Source: Marsupella aquatica (Eukaryota; Plantae; Marchantiophyta). From it: DNA of 64,000 nucleotides. Location of the stretch: NCBI GenBank assembly GCA_973895155.1, contig OZ316891.1, positions 4,621,708-4,685,707 on the forward strand. Reading direction: 5' to 3'. This document shows, piece after piece, positions 27,021 through 39,006 of the stretch; position 1 is the stretch's first letter, and each line of letters starts with the position of its first letter. The notes under the pieces are model-generated. The model did not search any database and had not been told where the DNA came from. It worked only from the letters and a program-made list of their open reading frames with translations. Both the position numbers and the translations under genes were made by a program.

Positions 27021-28000
27021 TTATGGAGTCTGGGCTGGTTTCAGGACACTAGGGTGCTCAAAGTCATTGTTAATTGGCACTTGAAGTGTGGTACTTGTAC
27101 ATCTAGTGGCTCTGGCAGCCTCAACCTCAGCTTCTTCCTGCTCAATTCTCTGTGCAAATTTGGTAAGCTCTCTGGCTTTGCAAGCTTGAAAGAAATCTCT
27201 ACATTCGTCATCCATGTCTCCAGCCCTCATGCTGAACAAGTTGTGTACGTAGGCCTGCTCTGATTTTCTTCAGCCATTTGGTGTTGGTGGCCTACCATAG
27301 ATCCCACTGTGCATATGCTGCAATGCAAAAAGAACAATCCTCAGATCTAAGCTTCTTGGCCAACTTGTTGCCGATTGGCCTCTGCTGCAAGTTTGAGCTG
27401 TATTCAACTTCATCTACGTAACAGCTGAGTAACCTCCACCATGTTGGTTAATGATTTATGTTGGAGAATGTGGTGTTGGAGGCACATTCTATTTGTTTGG
27501 TGGTCCACCTTTCCCCTTGCTCTAAGATTTGCCCTTCCCCTTCAATGTCATATTGATCATCCATTGCCTGGGAAAATCATGATTGGATAGTCTTTGAGCA
27601 TATACCAACAATCTATGAAGGCAAACTCCTTAGTTCCCTTTTGCATTCTTTTGTTGATACAATTCCCATGCTTTTTGCAATGTATCTTCCTGATTTGCTC
27701 CCAAAAGCCTCATATCCTCAACCGCACCATATATACACCACAAAAGTTTTGCAACATCACGTTTGAGGTCCTGCCACTTGCTCTCCAATGATCTTACTCC
27801 CCTACGCTTGAGTCCCTTTTGGTCAATGGTGGTTGTAGTGAGCAGCTACATGGTCCCAAAATGTTGCACTTTTCTGGCATACACCTACGATTGGGTCTTT
27901 TGAAATGTTCACCCACAACATGCATACTTGCTTCAACTTTGCCTTTGCAAAATTTTGCCCGCGAGCACTGCTTCCAGCCATGCATGGTGATCAAATAGAA
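27021..28000 (-). pseudogene. Pong-type ORF1 (Myb/SANT-like, NAM-associated C-terminal-like) pseudogene
   Basis: Minus-strand remnants RSLESKWQDLKRDVAK, DTLQKAWELYQQ..FAFIDCWYMLK, MDDECRDFFQACKARE; convergent to the transposase as in Pong elements; interrupted by stops and frameshifts. Confidence 0.7.
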
Positions 28001-29264
28001 CTGTAGCACATGAGGATTCTGCAGAACGTCTAGCAGTGTACCGCAAGCACCCCGGCAAGCACATGCCCAGCTTGCCTCCTACCGGTCGTTGGATCCGATG
28101 TTCCAAATGGAGGTCTGGCGGAGGGCGCAGTGGAGGCCGCTACTCCAAGGTAGGAATGGTGTGGCAGGGACTTGTTTAGCCGTTCTTGGAGCATTGTTGG
28201 AACCCTATAGTTGGCTGGTGGGGAGTCCCAAAAAGGAATCCTGTGACTTGCCCTGCATATTGCTGTCGGCTGCCTTGTATGGCGGACCGGTGCAGATGGT
28301 CTTAGGTGGCTTAGTTGGTGCAGGCTGGATCTCCCGCCCTCCCCTTCGGAGATCTAATTGGGCTGCTATCTTTGTGACTCTAGCTTGGCCCCTCCATCCA
28401 TCCATTGTTGCCTTACCCCCTCTCTCGATGTTGTTGTAACTAGCGCTAGTCTTTTTGTGCTTTTGGGCATAGCTAGCTCTCCTGGTTGGTCCAGTGTGAC
28501 CCACCCTCCACTTTTGTGACTAAGGCTGGTTGGTGGGTCCAGTTTGGTCTCCCTTTGTTGATGACCCATAATTTTAGCATGTTTGTGTACTAGCTAGGTG
28601 GCTTGGTTGGTCCAGCCTGGCCCTCCCTTACTTGGGGGTCAGATTATCTATGGAGTATAGTGACTAAGATACTTTCACACCACAGGCTGGTCCAACCTGG
28701 CCCATTACTAGCATGCTAAGACTACAGTGGAGAAACCCCCAAAGTGTGTAAACAAGACACAATCCCTACCATGCTAACATGTACTAGTAGGGAAATAGGC
28801 AGTGATTGTGTAAACAAGACACAGAGACACATTCAATAGTAGGTTGTACAATCCCGGTAGCAATCCGCTATCACAGGTTTGTAGCCCCATCTCTAGCCAT
28901 GGGAACTAGTGCTCCTTAGTAAAGTCAGGTTGCCCCATATCCTTATTTAGCTCATCACATGAAAAATCTCATATCTAGTATTCAAATTGTTAAACCATTG
29001 CTAAGCTAGTTTGCCCTTTATATATCATGGACCAAAATTAGCACCCATGTACACAACTCAGATTGTGTAATAGGCAAGGGTCTACATCTCTAGGGCTCAC
29101 TATATACAGGGACATAAATCATGTGTGAAGGCTTGGATCATTTATGACACATATGTATTTTGCAATTAAACAACCTCATATTCTCATTGATAACCTAATA
29201 AGTCTTTCATCAAAACCATTTAAATGACCATATATTTTATTGCACATGATATGTCACTTTTGTG

Positions 29265-29545
29265 CTTGGGGGTTTTACTTTCACAAAATGGTACATCACA
29301 TGCAACAAATGATGTGGTTGAACATTTTATTTGTTCTAAGGGAAGACTTAAGAATTTTCTTAGAAGAACAACAGGGTCCTTTAAATCCAATTTTGATACT
29401 TATAAGAACATTATGGTCTTTTTAATTTCCAACTTTATGGAGGTTAAATAATATTTTTTACTTACATTTTAGGGGGTCCAAGGCCTAAAAATGTTGCACT
29501 TCATGGGGAGGCTTCCTTGGAGGCTTCCATATAGTGAGACTCCCA
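29265..29545. mobile_element. Solo terminal arm of the long-TIR family at 29.7-31.1 kb
   Basis: Same orientation as and similar to 30810-31095 (TTTCACAAAA..CATCAC.TGC.AC..TTCTAAGGGAAGA..TAGGGGGTCCAAGG.CTAAAAA..CCATATAGTG.GAC.CCC). Confidence 0.65.
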
Positions 29546-29697
29546 GCTTCAATGGAAGTGGTCCCCCAAGAGCGGGCCCGAGAGTTGATTAAAGTTAGAT
29601 GTGTCACAACTAATAATATTCACTAGCATGATTAGTTTGTGAGAAAACCTTAGCTTATTTTTACAAAGTTGTCTAAAAACAAAGAAATCTTAGTCTT

Positions 29698-31097
29698 GGG
29701 GTTCTCACTATATGGATGTCTCCCCTTCCCCTATGACATTTTTAGGCCTCGGACCCCTAAAATATAAATTAAAAAAAATTCAACCCCTATAAAGTTGGAA
29801 TATTCTTGGAATATTAAAAAATGGTTAGAAAGACCCTAATGTTCTTATAAGTCTCAAAATTGAATTTAAAAATCTCTAATTATTGTTCTTCTGCAAAAAA
29901 ATTTAAGTCTTCCCATGAAACCAATAAAATGACCCTATCCTTCGTCGCACGTGATGTGCCATTTTTGTGGAAGTGAAACCTCCGAGAGCTTAGTCTTTTA
30001 AGACTTAGTACGGTAAGTCGAGAGTTCAATAAAGTTTTTTTTGTGTTTCCATGGATGTAGCCTCCAATGAGGTGAACCATGATTATACTTTATAGACTAA
30101 CACGTCAAAGACTTGTGAGTTCATTAGATGTTGCACATGTGCTCTTTGAGTAGTAGATGTGTACTCGATAGTTTTCTTGGAAACACTTCAGTGGTGGACC
30201 TAGACTATAAAAAGTTGCTTTGTTATTGATAATTTATTAATAATTATTAGTTCAAAATCTATAAAAACCAACCTTCAAGTGTTCATATCACGTACTACGC
30301 ATATTAATTAAGATTGAGGGCCCAATGTCCCTCATCAAAATTAGTACTTGAACTGCCTATGCATTCTAAGTCTCAAAGCACCAATACAAAACTCCATGAG
30401 CAAGTAACCCGGTGCGCTTATCATCATTAGCAGGAACTCTCATACCGCACTTGCTCCTCAATACAACCGTTGCTCAATGGCCCCTATAGTTTTTGCAAGC
30501 ATATGAACAAACCCGTGAGAAAATTAGTAAGTAACTTGTCTTCATCTCAAAATCCAAGACCATTATCTTGCATCAAGCTCAATTGTTGTTCTAAATAAGT
30601 CAACAGATAGAGCATCCCAAACCTGCACAGTCTTGCCATAAGCTAAAGCTAAGGTTGACACCCATTGTTTGTCCAAAATAGTGCCCTCAACAATTGCTCC
30701 CACAATCTCTATATTGAGTGTCACCCAAGATTTTCCACTTTCTATCCGTCATTGGCTGATGGCCCTCCCTCAAGGACATGCCCATGGCCCAATTAGCTAG
30801 CTTGTCCTTGAGGGTTTCACTTTCACAAAAAGAGCACATCACGTGCGACGAAAGATAGGGTCGTTTTATTGGTTCTAAGGGAAGATTTAAGATCAAATTT
30901 CACTGAAAAACAACATTCATGATCATTTCAATCCAATTGTGAATTAATCAAAGTTATAAGCACTTTAGGGTCCTTTTAGTCAAAATTTGGGAATATCTTT
31001 TGGGGTTAAATTTTATTTTTTAAATTATGTTTTAGGGGGTCCAAGGACTAAAAACATTGCAGGTGATGGGGAGGCCTCCATATAGTGTGACACCCAA
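29698..31097. mobile_element. Non-autonomous DNA element with ~280-bp terminal inverted repeats (MULE/foldback-like)
   Basis: Left arm GGGTTCTCACTATATGG..GGACCCCTAAAA..TCGTCGCACGTGATGTG..AAGTGAAACC (29698-29982) is the approximate reverse complement of the right arm 30810-31095 ending CCATATAGTGTGACACCC; no convincing TSD. Confidence 0.65.
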
Positions 31098-32754
31098 GAG
31101 CTTGTCTCAAGCGTTGGGACCAATCTTGTCCCAACTATCGTAACAATCTCAATGGTTCCAACTCAACTAAGATCTTTAGGGAATTATGAACTTGGACATC
31201 AACACCCAGGCCTACTTGGCACAACCCCCACTCCCCCCCCCCCCCCCCCCCCTTTCATATCCTTGTTGGAGCCCGAACGCAGATTGGCTATTGTTTTAGC
31301 AGAATTGACAAGCTAGCAAAGTAGGCCAAGCAAACTATGAGGACTGAGGTCACCCCAAGATCTAGCTAACATGAGGAGGTAGCACTTCTCAAGAGATTTC
31401 TTACACACCCAATAAGTCCACTTACAAATTTCTTGTTGAGGGGCTATCATCATTTTCATTTGGTATCTCCCCTTAGTAACGCGATAGTTGTTGTTGCTAG
31501 TTTGAGTTACTTGTGCATGACCCTAGCTCAGTATATTGCCTTTCCTAGTGTAACGTTCTCTTACCTTACAATCTCCCCATATTTAGTCCCTTTCTGATGG
31601 TCATCCTGGTTGGACAATTGTGAAGCTTGGGGCCAGAGCTAAATAATAGAGTAGTCACAATGTTTACTATAGGCTGCAATTAATAACTAGGTCAGTTTAT
31701 GATGAGAGTCTTGAAGACTGTTCTCCCAAAGTGTTGCTCAAGGTTTAGATCTCGAAGAATACTCCCCTAACTTGCTGCTAACGATTGAGATCTTTAAGAA
31801 TGTCTCCCCAAACTGGTAATAAAGGTTGAGGTTTTAAGAATTGTTTCCCAAGTAATATCACAGAAGTAATTTGCAATACAATATCCAATTTACTGACAAG
31901 TTTATTTCTTTGTTTGAAACTGTAATTATCAAGAATCATTTCATACGACTTAACCTATCCTCCAACCTGACCTGTATCAATCTTTCCCCCTAACTACTTT
32001 AATTCTTGTGTTCACCCCCACTGTGTATGTATGGGTTACTCTAATTCCTGTACTTACCCCAAAGTCATCCTACAGTGCTCATCTGCCACATGGCAAGAAG
32101 CTATTGGTCGGACAACATGAGGGACCAAGTCATCCCAGGTCTGTTTTTTGAAACAGGCAAGAGGGGACATGGCCAGGTGCAAAATTTTCTCTTTAAATCT
32201 TTACTAATGAGGTTTTCTTGATTCTGCATAAAAGTCATGACAGAGATTTGTTCCATTCTTTAGAATGTGATTAACTAGCATATTAATTAATCACAAAACA
32301 GAAGGCAGTGAGGAAAGAGGGGTGGCCCTGTCATCGAGCCCGCTTTTACTGAGCATTTACTGAAACAGGAGGGCGGAGAAAGAACTGGGGTCGACCCTAA
32401 CTTTTTGCAACTTGAGGGAGTCTATAGATATAGGTATTTTGAAGCTACTTACAATTAACATGTGACTGTATATATACTCATTTTAAACTCTCCCCCAAAG
32501 ATTAGGCAACAAGTGCACTGTAAATGCAAGCATTTATAAAGTGTGCTTAACAATACATCTAATCCAGTTGGATTAAGGGCACCATACAGACCCACATCCC
32601 TGCCATGCAATATCACAAAAATCTCCGCCTAATCATTGAATTCTGGATGATATTACCTCCATTGCTCTAGCAAAAGTGCAGTAAAGATCTCTCTGCCAGC
32701 TCGGGTGGTTAGATACAGACACTCAAGCAGGCCTCGGAAGCAGATCTATTAAAG

Positions 32755-35700
32755 TCATAGTAGTTCAGCCACAGGTTCCACCTTCTTAAAATCTTACACC
32801 CAGCAGACCTCGTAGCGAAGGACCCCTTTTGGGCTCAACTATGGTATCTGCTGCTGCATGAAAAAGATTCTTTTCCATCCCTGTTTGTGCCTTATGAAAA
32901 ACTGGAACATAATTGAGAGTTGTGTACCTCAATACATTCATCATATTAGAGCTTCTGCAAAGGTCATGACTGGTTTAGTGCAAGATTTACGAACACCCAG
33001 CAGACCTCGTAGCGAAGGACCCCTTTTGGGCTCAACTATGGTATCTGCTGCTGCATGAAAAAGATTCTTTTCCATCCCTGTTTGTGCCTTATGAAAAACT
33101 GGAACATAATTGAGAGTTGTGTACCTCAATACATTCATCATATTAGACCTTCTGCAAAGGTCATGACTGGTTTAGTGCAAGATTTACGAAAGTTTTCAAA
33201 ATAAATACACTTAACCAAGGATGACTGGAACTGTTTCATGACAAAAAGTGGCAGAACATGACAAAACCAGCACGAACGAAATTGTTTGCATGGAAATTTT
33301 GTTGGCAAACCAAATTGATTTATCAGAGTAGAAACACGAACACATACAAGGGGAATGAAGTTACGGAGAGCTCTATTGAACTCTTGCTAGAAAACACCTG
33401 CCGAAGTAATTATCATGGAAACCCTTGGATATGTGCTTCACAAACAAGGGAGACTTGTTTCAAGTTGAAATTTACTCTCTGATTATTGGATTAATCTAAA
33501 ACTACCGAAATTCTTTTCGAGACACACATAACTGATGCTTTGAATCTAGAAGTCTGGTGAAAAAAACATTTTTAAGCCTTAACAAATTGAGCAATTGTTA
33601 AACAAGATTGGAATCTCCTTATCTGCAGCACTTCTTCAGATGGGTAGGTCCCGAGCTACTTGTCAAACTACCCGAATTCAAACCCCTGCAAAGGATGCTT
33701 ATTTATTCACTAATCAAAGTGGGATTGGTGCAAAGCTACAATCAGTACCACTATGTACGTTTCTCCATTGCGCCAAAAAACGGAAAACTAATTTCAGCAT
33801 ACTTCAGTGCAAGATAGATATCGTCAAAGATATCTTACAAAGAGTCCCAACAGATAGCTGTCGCCAAGAGTATGGCCGATACTAAGCAGCTGCTTGACAG
33901 AATTTTGATACACGCTCTTTCGTTGAAATCTACTGAGCATAGGACAGGAGTCGACTTACCTTTGCCTCCCATAAAGTCTTCACTGCCCGATGCCACCGAA
34001 AGTGATCAACCGTTTCTTCGAAAGGGGAAACAGATTGAGCAGTGTGATAAGCATAAACTATTTACCAGGCAAAACAAGCGCATACTGGGAAGCCTGAGGT
34101 CATATACGCCAAAGACAAACTCATTAAATAACGAACTAATTCTTGTATTTAATTGCTTATAAGAGGTGCAGTAATTATCCCAATCACCTCTAGATGCAGA
34201 ACAGCCCGCATTTTCGTTGTTGGTGCTTCAAATTCAGGTGACACTAGCACACAAAACAGGTCTTAATTTCCAGGAAATGCAAGTAGAGTTAAGTGCAGCA
34301 TGTCATAGCTTCGAATTAGCATCCCCCCATCAGGGAAGGTGCTACATTGTCAACATGATAGCCACTCACTGTGGCTCCAGACTCGAGTCCTGCCTGCACC
34401 AGCTGTGCTTTGGTGAGAGGCCTACCAAACAATGCATTGACCTGCACAGACAGAGAATAGTTGCACCTTGAGTAAGGGACGACAGTTTTCATTAGTGCCA
34501 GAATGTCACCCCATATCGACTGTTTCATTGGCTCTACTATACGAGACCTATCACATCACAATTCTTCATCGATCTACCATTTTGCTTTTGGGCGGGTTTC
34601 ATTAGAGGTACTTCTGATTGACTGCACCTACTTAACTTTCATTTTCCAGAACGTAGAAAACATCTGAGGACTCTTCGCATATAGTAGAGACGGACGGTGA
34701 AGATTAAGTGAGCAATGCCATCGCTGAGTAGAAGAGCTCCATAGCAGAGCATATTGCATTCCTCCGTCCACCTCATCCAAAATGTTCATCTCTGCGGGTT
34801 TTACCTTAGCTCTTCATTGCCGTTGGTACTTGGAATTTTACTCCCCGATGCGGGCATCTTGTTCTCTTCCACGTGACGTTAAATATAAATGCATTGGACA
34901 AACGAAGCAAAAAAAATTATAAAAAAGGCAACACTTCCATTCACAACCCAAAGAGAACATTTGTAAGGGCTTACCGCAACAGCGGCAGATGCAGCACTGG
35001 CAGCACTCGAGCCAAAACCACTGCCCCATGGGGAGGCCCTTGTGAAGTGTGAGAGAGACACCCACAGACTGTACTCCCAACAAGTCCAAAGTGGCCTTCG
35101 CTACGATACCAGCGCAGTTCTGCTCCGGGACGTAGCTTAGACGCCCCTCGTCCCCTAGAATGGATGAGATTGTACAGTCCCTGCTGCTGTGATTGACCTG
35201 CATGCTTTAGTGAACAAGTTCAAATTGGTACCACCAACATTCACCACCTAATTTAATCCGAAAAGAAATGCTGCGCGGACTTGAATTACCGACAAGGGGA
35301 TATCACAGAGGAAGTCGCAAAACAGACAGAGAGATAAATCCGCAGTGAAAATATCCCCCAGCCCCTCCACAGCGCTACCCAGAGACTCATATCCCGGGCC
35401 CAGATTCGCCACTGTGCCGGACCAGATTCACCAACTTCTGGACCACAGTTGGCTTACCGGTAGTGAGCTGCTTTAATGGAAGAATAGGTTTAGGGTGACA
35501 TTAGCTTGACTTATCACCTGCAAAACTCCGTGACCCAGGCTATTTTGTCCATCGAGGTCACATTGGGAAGAATTCTGTCCAGAATCTGCAGTACCACACG
35601 GAAAATTCGCAACAGTGAGCCAAATATATTGAAAGATAAAAACAAAAGTCACAGTCTCAAGTCTCTCTGGAATAGTTTTCGAAGCCCACATCCAAGAAAT

Positions 35701-35895
35701 GGACAATTCCTCGCCTCAAAATTAGAGCAATATAATTATATAGAATCCCCGAAAATGCGAGGGCTTCGACTGACTACCATAGCGTTCATGACTGGACAGA
35801 GAGGAATGTCGACAATCGAGGGAAGAAGCAGAACAGAGCTGAGCTGGGGGCAATTCAGATCCGAATGAAGTCGGAGCGCGGCGGACGAGCACCAT
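32755..35895 (-). pseudogene. HSK: Homoserine kinase (GHMP kinase, plastid type) pseudogene with introns
   Basis: Motifs TVANLGPGYESLGSAVEGLGD (~35420-35350), NCAGIVAKATLDLLG..HKGLP[+1 G]GSGFGSSAASAASAAVA|VNALFG..AGLESGATVSGYHVDNVAPSLMGG* (35175-34975, 34441-34316) and DTIVEPKRGP..G..EGGTCG*TT (~32850-32760); putative ATG at 35895; frameshift and stops present. Confidence 0.85.
32796..33189. repeat. Recent 197-bp tandem duplication inside the HSK pseudogene
   Basis: Copies 32796-32992 and 32993-33189; only one mismatch seen (TATTAGAGCTT vs TATTAGACCTT). Confidence 0.95.
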
Positions 35896-35902
35896 CGCTG
35901 CT

Positions 35903-35904
<2 letters not shown>

Positions 35905-35934
<30 letters not shown>
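35905..35934. repeat. (GA)15 microsatellite, i.e. (CT)n in the putative HSK 5' UTR
   Basis: Direct read; lies ~10 bp upstream of the minus-strand ATG at 35895. Confidence 0.95.
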
Positions 35935-35937
<3 letters not shown>

Positions 35938-38430
35938 GAAAAGTGCTCAGCATGAAAAGTGTGTCAAGGCGGAAGACAGTTCAATAAAGCGAAAAAGTTG
36001 CATGTCAATGCAAAAGTGTTCTCACTGCATCGATGTTGTCGCCACAAAGGATGGTCTGAGCAAACAATTTACATACAAAAGGATAGTCAAAAACGAAGGT
36101 AAGAGATTCAAGATGATTTTTCAAGGAAAAAAAAAAAACCCAAGGTAAGAGTTTTGGGCACGATTGTGGGTATGGAGGAGAGGCAAAAGTTGTGCAACGA
36201 AGCATCAGAGTCAAATGAAATTGTAGGAATTGGGCATATGGGGGAGAGGCAAAGCTTATACGGACAGGGAAGAAAGTCAAAAAAGAAGTTGAAGGAGTCA
36301 AAAGGGTGGGGAAGGTAGGCAGAAGTTACGCAAAAAGGGTGGAAATTAGAGGTAGATAGAAGATCATTAGCATAGAGGAAATACATCTGTAGCACTGGTC
36401 AAGAGAGAGTGCCTAGGGTTTCATGATTCGCGTTGGAGATGTGGAATGAAGAGTTTGGAGGAGACGACACCCAATTTGAAGGTTAGGGCAAGGGGCCAGA
36501 GTTAGGGGTAAGGAGAAACAAATGATTGCTTAATGTGTTTAGCATGCATACGAGGAACTCAGGCTTATTGTTATGAAACTAGTTGAGAGATATAGAATCT
36601 CTATTGTAAAGACTCCATATAAACAGACAGGCTTAGGGTGCGGTAAAGTTCTTGAATGTTCCCATGGATATAGTCATCTGAGATGAACCACAAATCTTTT
36701 TGTGTCAATTATTTATTAGTTGGATGTTCATGGAGATATTGTTGTGAATATAGTCTTTTGCTCAACACATCACAAGCTAGCTCATCCTGCTGGGAGCCCT
36801 GGTCGCTAGTAGGACAAGTCACATGGCACAACTTTGGCATGAAGGCAAAACATAGGGGAGCTACTCTTGAATGATTTCACATTCACCCTTGAAATGTAGT
36901 GTGTAGAAGCAACTTTGTAAACACTTTGTAAAACCATGCATCCTCTTCCTACCTACTCTTTGGCTTTGCTTGAGGTGGTTAATAGTCAAAAGTCTCTACC
37001 TGTAGAGTTTAGATATTTCAAGCAATTGATGATCTACTCTAGACTTTACAACTCTAACAGTGAGTTTGTTCGAATAGCACATGACTGGGAGAGTAAGATA
37101 GAAGCCATAGCATGTAGTAAATGACCTTTGGTTGGCAAGTTAGTTTCTCAATTGCCAATTTATGTGAGGGGTGTAACTTTAACAACAAACACATTTTTCC
37201 TAATGTTGTTTGCAATATTGACTTTATCAACATTCTTGCTCTCTACTCACCAGTGAGTACAAATGTGAAGGAAACTTTATTTCCACTCTAAGGCATATTG
37301 TCAAACAAAACACTATGGGAAGCTCTATGTATGAACTGAGCATGTTCATCCCAAAACTTGCTTTAGTGTTTCAACACTTAACCAGTGTCAAGTTAGCATC
37401 CCTTCACCAGGGTGAAATTGTGCTCTAGTTAGCCTAACCAGGTGCTTGAGTTAAGTACAGTTACCAAAAGGTGCATCATGACACCTTTCATACAAATGAT
37501 CTCATACCTAGGACAATTTCAGTATAAATAGAATGGCTCTAAGAGACCATTCTTGCCAGAACAACCTGAAACCCCAAATAGATGCAGAGCAAAAATGGAC
37601 AAGATTGCACATTATTGTGTTTAGATAACTTTATTACATTACATGATAGTAGAGATATCTGTAATGTGATACATCTTTCAAACTTGGTTAGCAAGAAACC
37701 ATGGTTGAGTTTCAGATATCCACTAAGTCACTCATGTTTTACAAAATGGTTGAGTTAAAGTTAAACCTTACTATAGTCAAATTTAGGCGGACAGGTGTCG
37801 TCATGCAGCAGCTTTGGACTAACCTTTGGTTACATTGATCGTGGCTACGGTTACTGTTTCAAGGGGTACCAAAGGAATCATTGAACTGTGAGGGCTCTTT
37901 TTCCGTGGCTCTTTTACTCCCACACAGCATCGACACTTTTGCTTTGACATGACAGAACAAAGCAATTCGGGTGCAGTGAATTCTTCCCCGAGTGCACTGA
38001 ATGTTTCCGAAATGTGTTTGTTGTTTCACTGCGGCCGCTGGTTTTCGTTTGAATGATATGGGCTTCATTCTTGGAAGGTGATCTCAATCTGGAGATGGCA
38101 ATCCTTTACTTACACGAGTGACGAATGAGGAAAATGCACGCTACAGAGAAATAGAGAGGGTTGAATTGAGTTGAATCGAGTGCAAGCCCGAGTTCAAATC
38201 GTCCCCGTGAATGCCTGCGTGAATGTCTCTTTCAGTGTAAATTTCTCTCGTACTTTTCAGCCAGGTCAATTCAGGATGGAACAATCGGGGTTCAAATTTT
38301 CTCAATGCAGGGTTGAACCAGGTGTCCGATTCCAGCAATCGTACTCAAAGCAGATCGACCTCTTCATTTCTCACTGAAACATGGGAAGAATGATCATGGG
38401 CACAATAACTTGATCGATGAGCCTGGGAGA

Positions 38431-38815
38431 TGTTGAGCATAGACGACGATTGCAACGGCAAGCCCCTGAACCATCCAACGCACAATAGTCGACACAAGAG
38501 ATACGTGGTTCACCTCCTTGAGGCTACGTCCACGGGAACACACAAGAGAGCTTTACTGAACTCTAAGCCCGTCGGCTATACCGAGTCTCCACAGTGTAAG
38601 CTCTCCCTATCTCTCAAGTGGCTCCATAACAATGAGCCTTGGTTCTACCTCTCCAAGCACACATGCCTCTTATGATATAGTGTGCAACTTAGTTGTACCT
38701 AACCACATAGTTGTACCTAATCACGTAGTTGTACCTAACCACGTAGTTGTACCAACCCACGTTGTTGTACCAACCACGTCATACCTAACCTAGACGTAAG
38801 AGTAAATACCCAACA
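38431..38815 (-). repeat. 3' LTR of the copia element (385 bp)
   Basis: TGTTGAGC..CCCAACA; matches 44463-44847. Confidence 0.97.
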
Positions 38816-38826
38816 ATCTTCCCCTT
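38816..38826 (-). promoter_or_regulatory. Polypurine tract (AAGGGGAAGAT) adjacent to the 3' LTR
   Basis: Plus-strand ATCTTCCCCTT immediately inside the LTR. Confidence 0.9.
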
Positions 38827-39006
38827 GACTCTGGTCTAGGGGAGAGTAATACTGCCAATGTATATGATCCCTCAGCGGGAAGTTCTGGACAGAAACCAAA
38901 CCAGTTTCCCTCTCTAACTAGAGCAAACCAGAACTAAGCCGTAGCCTAATACATAGGAATGAGGAAGAGCATATATCAGTAATTACAATGAATGTTTAAG
39001 AAAACT

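Larger units (their letters stand above)
24758..28090. mobile_element. Degenerate Pong-like PIF/Harbinger DNA transposon (right terminus not found; end approximate)
   Basis: TTA followed by GAGCATCC.. at 24755-24765 (PIF-type TSD and TIR start); convergent transposase and ORF1 remnants. Confidence 0.7.

Noticed and set aside
31233-31252. C20 homopolymer as a functional G-quadruplex
   Set aside because: Isolated in degenerate repeat DNA, no supporting context, length unreliable in assemblies
38430-38675. Identical 81-aa ORFs at 38430 and 44462
   Set aside because: They are the two LTR copies read antisense; no protein-like features
38690-38796. 18-bp LTR repeats and the 14-bp array at 53003 considered as CRISPR-like arrays
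   Set aside because: Head-to-tail units without unique spacers, no cas genes, and the DNA is clearly spliceosomal plant sequence
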